NCBI RefSeq assembly: GCF_006345805.1
Contig: NW_021826737.1
Coordinates: 1 to 12,024 of the forward strand
DNA: 12,024 nucleotides
Direction of reading: 5' to 3'
DNA from: Octopus sinensis
Lineage: Eukaryota
Positions within the stretch are counted from its first letter, which is position 1. Each line of letters starts with the position of its first letter. The position numbers and the translations under genes are program-made. The notes beneath the pieces are model-generated. The model did no database searches and was not told the DNA's origin. It worked only from the letters and a program-made list of their open reading frames with translations. This document shows positions 8,206 through 12,024 of this stretch, in pieces.

Positions 8206-8394
8206 TTTTTAAAGTCAAGAAGAAAATATACAAATTTAATTAAGGTTGAAACTTTCCCTTGGAAAGACACTCAAACGAAATTTGGGTACTTCACACTCCT
8301 TATGGGCAAAAATGTAAACAAAATGTGGGCTATAAATGGTAAAAAAAAAATGATTACTTTCGGAGCCGATGCGACAACACGTCAGTCGATACAC

Positions 8395-8707
<313 letters not shown>

Positions 8708-9030
8708 TGTACGTCAGAAATAACGGGATGTTGCTCTACCTCAGGGGAAAAGATACTCTGACAAAACTCGCCGTCAAAACAGTACCAGCCATTTTGTCAT
8801 GATATCATGGCGAGCGATTGGGTGGCGCATGTATGAAAGTAAACCACAGCAATTGGGTTGAATACGAGGCGGCAATAATGTGACGTGATTAGGCAACCAT
8901 CATGTATGTATATTTATTATGTCAAAAGTTGACAGTTTTTCTTCTCGGTTTGAATACCTCAAGACAAATATAATAAGTCTAGCCTGGCTAAAGCTCTGAG
9001 TGGACGACCAAATTTTATATAATAAACATA

Positions 9031-9228
9031 CAGTGTGGTCCAAAAGTAGGTTTACAGTAATTCAACTATCTCTTTCAGATTTGCAGTTTAAATCTTAATT
9101 ATAAAAAAAATGTGAAACCCTTATTCTATGCTAATTTCGTTAATTGTAAGATAGAAATTTAAATGTAATAAATTTTTTTGTAAAAAAGTGCCTAGGTGAT
9201 AACTGTAAGCCTACTTTTGGCCAGTCTA
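9031..9228. mobile_element. Tc1/mariner-type MITE (~198 bp) with TA target-site duplication
   Basis: Left TA|CAGTGTGGTCCAAAAGTAGGTTTACAGT; right ACTGTAAGCCTACTTTTGGCCAGTCTA|TA. Inner 19 bp of the TIRs match 18/19; AT-rich non-coding interior. Confidence 0.75.
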
Positions 9229-9296
9229 TATTTATGCACTCATTCCAGAGAGTTTTATATCAGATAATGTCTGAACTACATAAAATATATTTTTTT

Positions 9297-9740
9297 CTTA
9301 GCGACATTTTGTCTGTCTTTACGTTCTGAGTTCAAATTCCGGCGAGGTCGTATTTACGTTATGAGTCCAAATTTCGGCGAGGTCGTTTTTGCATTTCATC
9401 CTTTCGGAGGCGATGAAATAAATAAGTACTAGTTGAACACTGGGGGTCGATGTAATCGATTTTCTGTCTCTCCCCTCCACCCCAAATTGCTGGCCTTGCA
9501 CCGAAAGTTGTAACAAGTATTACCGTCTAAGGTGGTGAGCTGGCGGAATTGTAACCGCGCCGGGCAAAATGCTTAACAGCGTTTCGCCCGTCTTTTCGCT
9601 CTGCGTTCAAATTCCGCTGAGGACGACTTTGCTTTGCGTCCTCTGTGTCAATGACATTTGTACCAGCTAAACACTGAGGTTGATGTATCCGACTTAAACG
9701 CTTCCTCAAGATTGCTGGCCTTGAGCCAAAATTCGATATC
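9297..9740 (+). mobile_element. Two SINE family B copies head-to-tail (~9297-9515, 5'-truncated with duplicated B box; ~9531-9740)
   Basis: gagttcaaattcc B boxes, tttcatcctttcgg...aataagtactag...ctgggggtcgatgtaatcga core, attgctggccttg tails, second head ggtggtgagctggcggaattg. Confidence 0.88.
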
Positions 9741-9769
9741 CATACTGTTATCTTCTACCTTCAGCATTG

Positions 9770-9864
9770 GACAGTGGCCATGCTGGGGCACCACCCTGAG
9801 GAGTTTAGCTGAGCATATCGACTCCCAGTACTTTTTTAAAGTTCTGTATATATATATATATATA

Positions 9865-9899
<35 letters not shown>

Positions 9900-10204
9900 T
9901 GTATGTATGTATGTATGCATGTATTTATGTATCGCTTGGTTACGGTGACGTATGTAAAACAACACTGGTTGTTAAGCGGTGGATGGCGGGCAAGCACAAA
10001 TACAAAGACACACACGCATAGATAAGTACATACATATATACAACGGGCTTCTTTCAGTTTGCCTCTACCAAATTCACTCACTAGGCTTTGGTTTACCGAG
10101 GTCAATAGTAGAAGACAATTACCCAAGGTACCACGCATTAGGAGTGAACCTGGAACCATGTAGCTAGGAAGCAAACCTCTTACCACGCAGCCAAGTCTGC
10201 GCCT
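9770..10204 (-). mobile_element. SINE family A, copy 3 (older, split by an (AT)n/(ATGT)n tract at ~9846-9930)
   Basis: Tail-side ggccatgctggggcaccacc at ~9777-9796; body cgggcttctttcagttt...; head ending cttaccacgcagccaagtctgcgcc at ~10203. Confidence 0.85.
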
Positions 10205-10436
10205 ATATATGCATACATACAGTGTAACTCACGCGCACAACACACACACACACATACCTAGTATATTTTTGTAAGTGACAATGAACGAAGCGTTTCAGCC
10301 CTTGAGCCAATTAATATAAAATGATACATACTCATTTTTGAGTTCTATTTATCTGTTTCCATCACCAAATCTATGTACATGCATATATAATGTATAGATA
10401 GATAGATAAATACATAGAGACGCAGGAGTGGCTACA

Positions 10437-10852
10437 GGCGTAGGAGTGGCTGTGTGGTAAGTAGCTTGTTTACCAACCACATGGTCCCGGGTTCAGTCCC
10501 ACTGCGTGGCACCTTGAGCAAGTGTCTTCTACTATAGCCCCGGGCCGACCAAAGCCTTGTGAGTGGATTTGGTAGACGGAAACTGAAAGAAGCCCGTCGT
10601 ATATATGTATATATATGTATATATATATGCGTGTGTGTGTTTGTGTGTCTGTGTTTGTCCCCCGAGCATTGCTTGACAACCGATGCTGGTGTCTTTATGT
10701 CCCCGTCACTTAGCGGTTCGGCAAAAGAGACCGATAGAATAAGTACTGGGCTTACAAAAGAATAAGTCCCGGGGTCGAGTTGCTCGATTAAAGGCGGTGC
10801 TCCAGCATGGCCGCAGTCAGATGACTGAAACAAGTAAAAGAGTAAAAGAGTA
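10437..10852 (+). mobile_element. tRNA-derived SINE family A, copy 4 (complete)
   Basis: A box TGGCTGTGTGG 10447-10457, B box GGTTCAGTCC 10490-10499, CORE-like ccttgagcaagtgtctt, internal (TA)n(TG)n, tail (AGTAAAAG)n. Resembles described octopus tRNA-SINEs; the family name was not verified. Confidence 0.93.
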
Positions 10853-10900
10853 TACATACAAACATACATACATACATACATACACACATGCATACATACA

Positions 10901-10934
<34 letters not shown>

Positions 10935-11217
10935 CATACATACCTACGTGTATTTTACAAATGCATTCAGGTATATATGTAAGTACAGATGTATATATGC
11001 ATTATATATATATATATATAAATATAAATACACATATATACATATGTATGTATGAGCATGTATATGAATACATTTATGCATATAAATATATATATTTGTG
11101 TGTGTGTCTGTTTATATGAATATCTGCATATATATAACTATATGCATTCGTATGTACATCTCTCTATATGGGTGTGGTGTGTGTGTGTTTGTGTGCGTTT
11201 GTTTGTGTGTTTGCATG

Positions 11218-11261
<44 letters not shown>

Positions 11262-11432
11262 AGGTACATATAGATAGCTTGATAGACAGAGAAATACATG
11301 TATGCGTGCAGGTATATATTGGCATGTATGTGTATGTATATGTATGTGTATGTATGTGTGTGCATATATATATATTATATATGTATGAATGTGTATATAT
11401 TATATATATATATATACATATGTATGTATGTA

Positions 11433-11470
<38 letters not shown>

Positions 11471-11885
11471 ACAATATATGTATATATATATGTATATATT
11501 ATAACATACATAATATATATTATATGTAGTAGTATGTATTATGTAGTATTATGTATGTATGTATGTATGTAGTATGTAGGTATGTATGTGTATGTATTGA
11601 ATATAAAATCAAAAAAGCAACAAGGATTGATTTTAATCACCTCACTTTGAAATTGTATCGATTATGCCGTACCAATTCTGGTGCCTCAACTAAGTAGCAT
11701 ATTCATCTGAATCTAAATTTTTGCTACACTTATCTACCATGCCTATGGTATATATATTATGTACATATGCCTATATATATTTATGCATATATGTATATGC
11801 ATAAGAATGTGCATGCATATTTATATATGTATTTATACATGGATATATATATATAATAATATATATATATATATATATGTAATAT
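10853..11885. repeat. (ATAC)n, (AT)n, (GT)n low-complexity tract with a short unique island at ~11600-11745
   Basis: Direct inspection. Confidence 0.92.
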
Positions 11886-12024
11886 GTTGTTGTTGCTGTT
11901 TGTGTTAACGTTTTTTTTCCTCGTGTGTGTGTGAGTTCCGTCTCCCTCCTTAATACATAGTGACTAATGGCCTAAAACTAAGTTTCCTCACTTTCTCTAG
12001 TTCGGAGATGTTCCAAACGATAAG

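Larger units (their letters stand above)
6272..8394 (-). mobile_element. Internally deleted Tx1/L1-clade non-LTR retrotransposon (5'UTR-ORF1-EN-3'UTR, no RT)
   Basis: ORF1 remnant followed by a complete APE endonuclease domain that runs directly into a short 3' end (AATAAAGAAAG then (TATC)n). Both ends abut (AGAT)n tracts. The 5' boundary is approximate. Confidence 0.88.

Noticed and set aside
10410-10858. ATACATA as a target-site duplication of SINE A copy 4
   Set aside because: Both flanks are (ATAC)n-like low-complexity sequence, so the match is uninformative.
10432-11572. ORFs of 61-169 aa over SINE A and the terminal microsatellites
   Set aside because: Antisense or sense read-through of a SINE plus simple repeats; similar peptides arise from the other SINE copies (3018-3289, 9836-10186).

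Overview
Repeat-dominated eukaryotic non-coding DNA with no intact host gene. It is most likely from an octopus or other coleoid cephalopod, an inference from the SINE families and the extreme (AT)n/(GT)n/(AGAT)n/(ATAC)n microsatellite density. Most ORFs in the track are microsatellite translations. Contents: (1) a ~2.1 kb minus-strand Tx1/L1-clade non-LTR retrotransposon remnant (~6272-8394) with 5'UTR, degenerate ORF1, a full APE endonuclease domain and 3' end but no reverse transcriptase, lying between two (AGAT)n tracts; (2) two tRNA-derived SINE families. Family A has 4 copies. Family B has about 8 copies or fragments in head-to-tail arrays, and two of them carry a 3' tail nearly identical to the Tx1-like element's 3' end, making a candidate LINE/SINE partner pair; (3) a minus-strand type I hammerhead ribozyme motif of the minimal Penelope/retrozyme type (2082-2143) next to a nested inverted repeat (2337-2677); (4) an old RTE-like RT fragment (~5321-5600); (5) a ~200 bp Tc1/mariner-type MITE (9031-9228); (6) a small CRE + E-box motif cluster (801-889).
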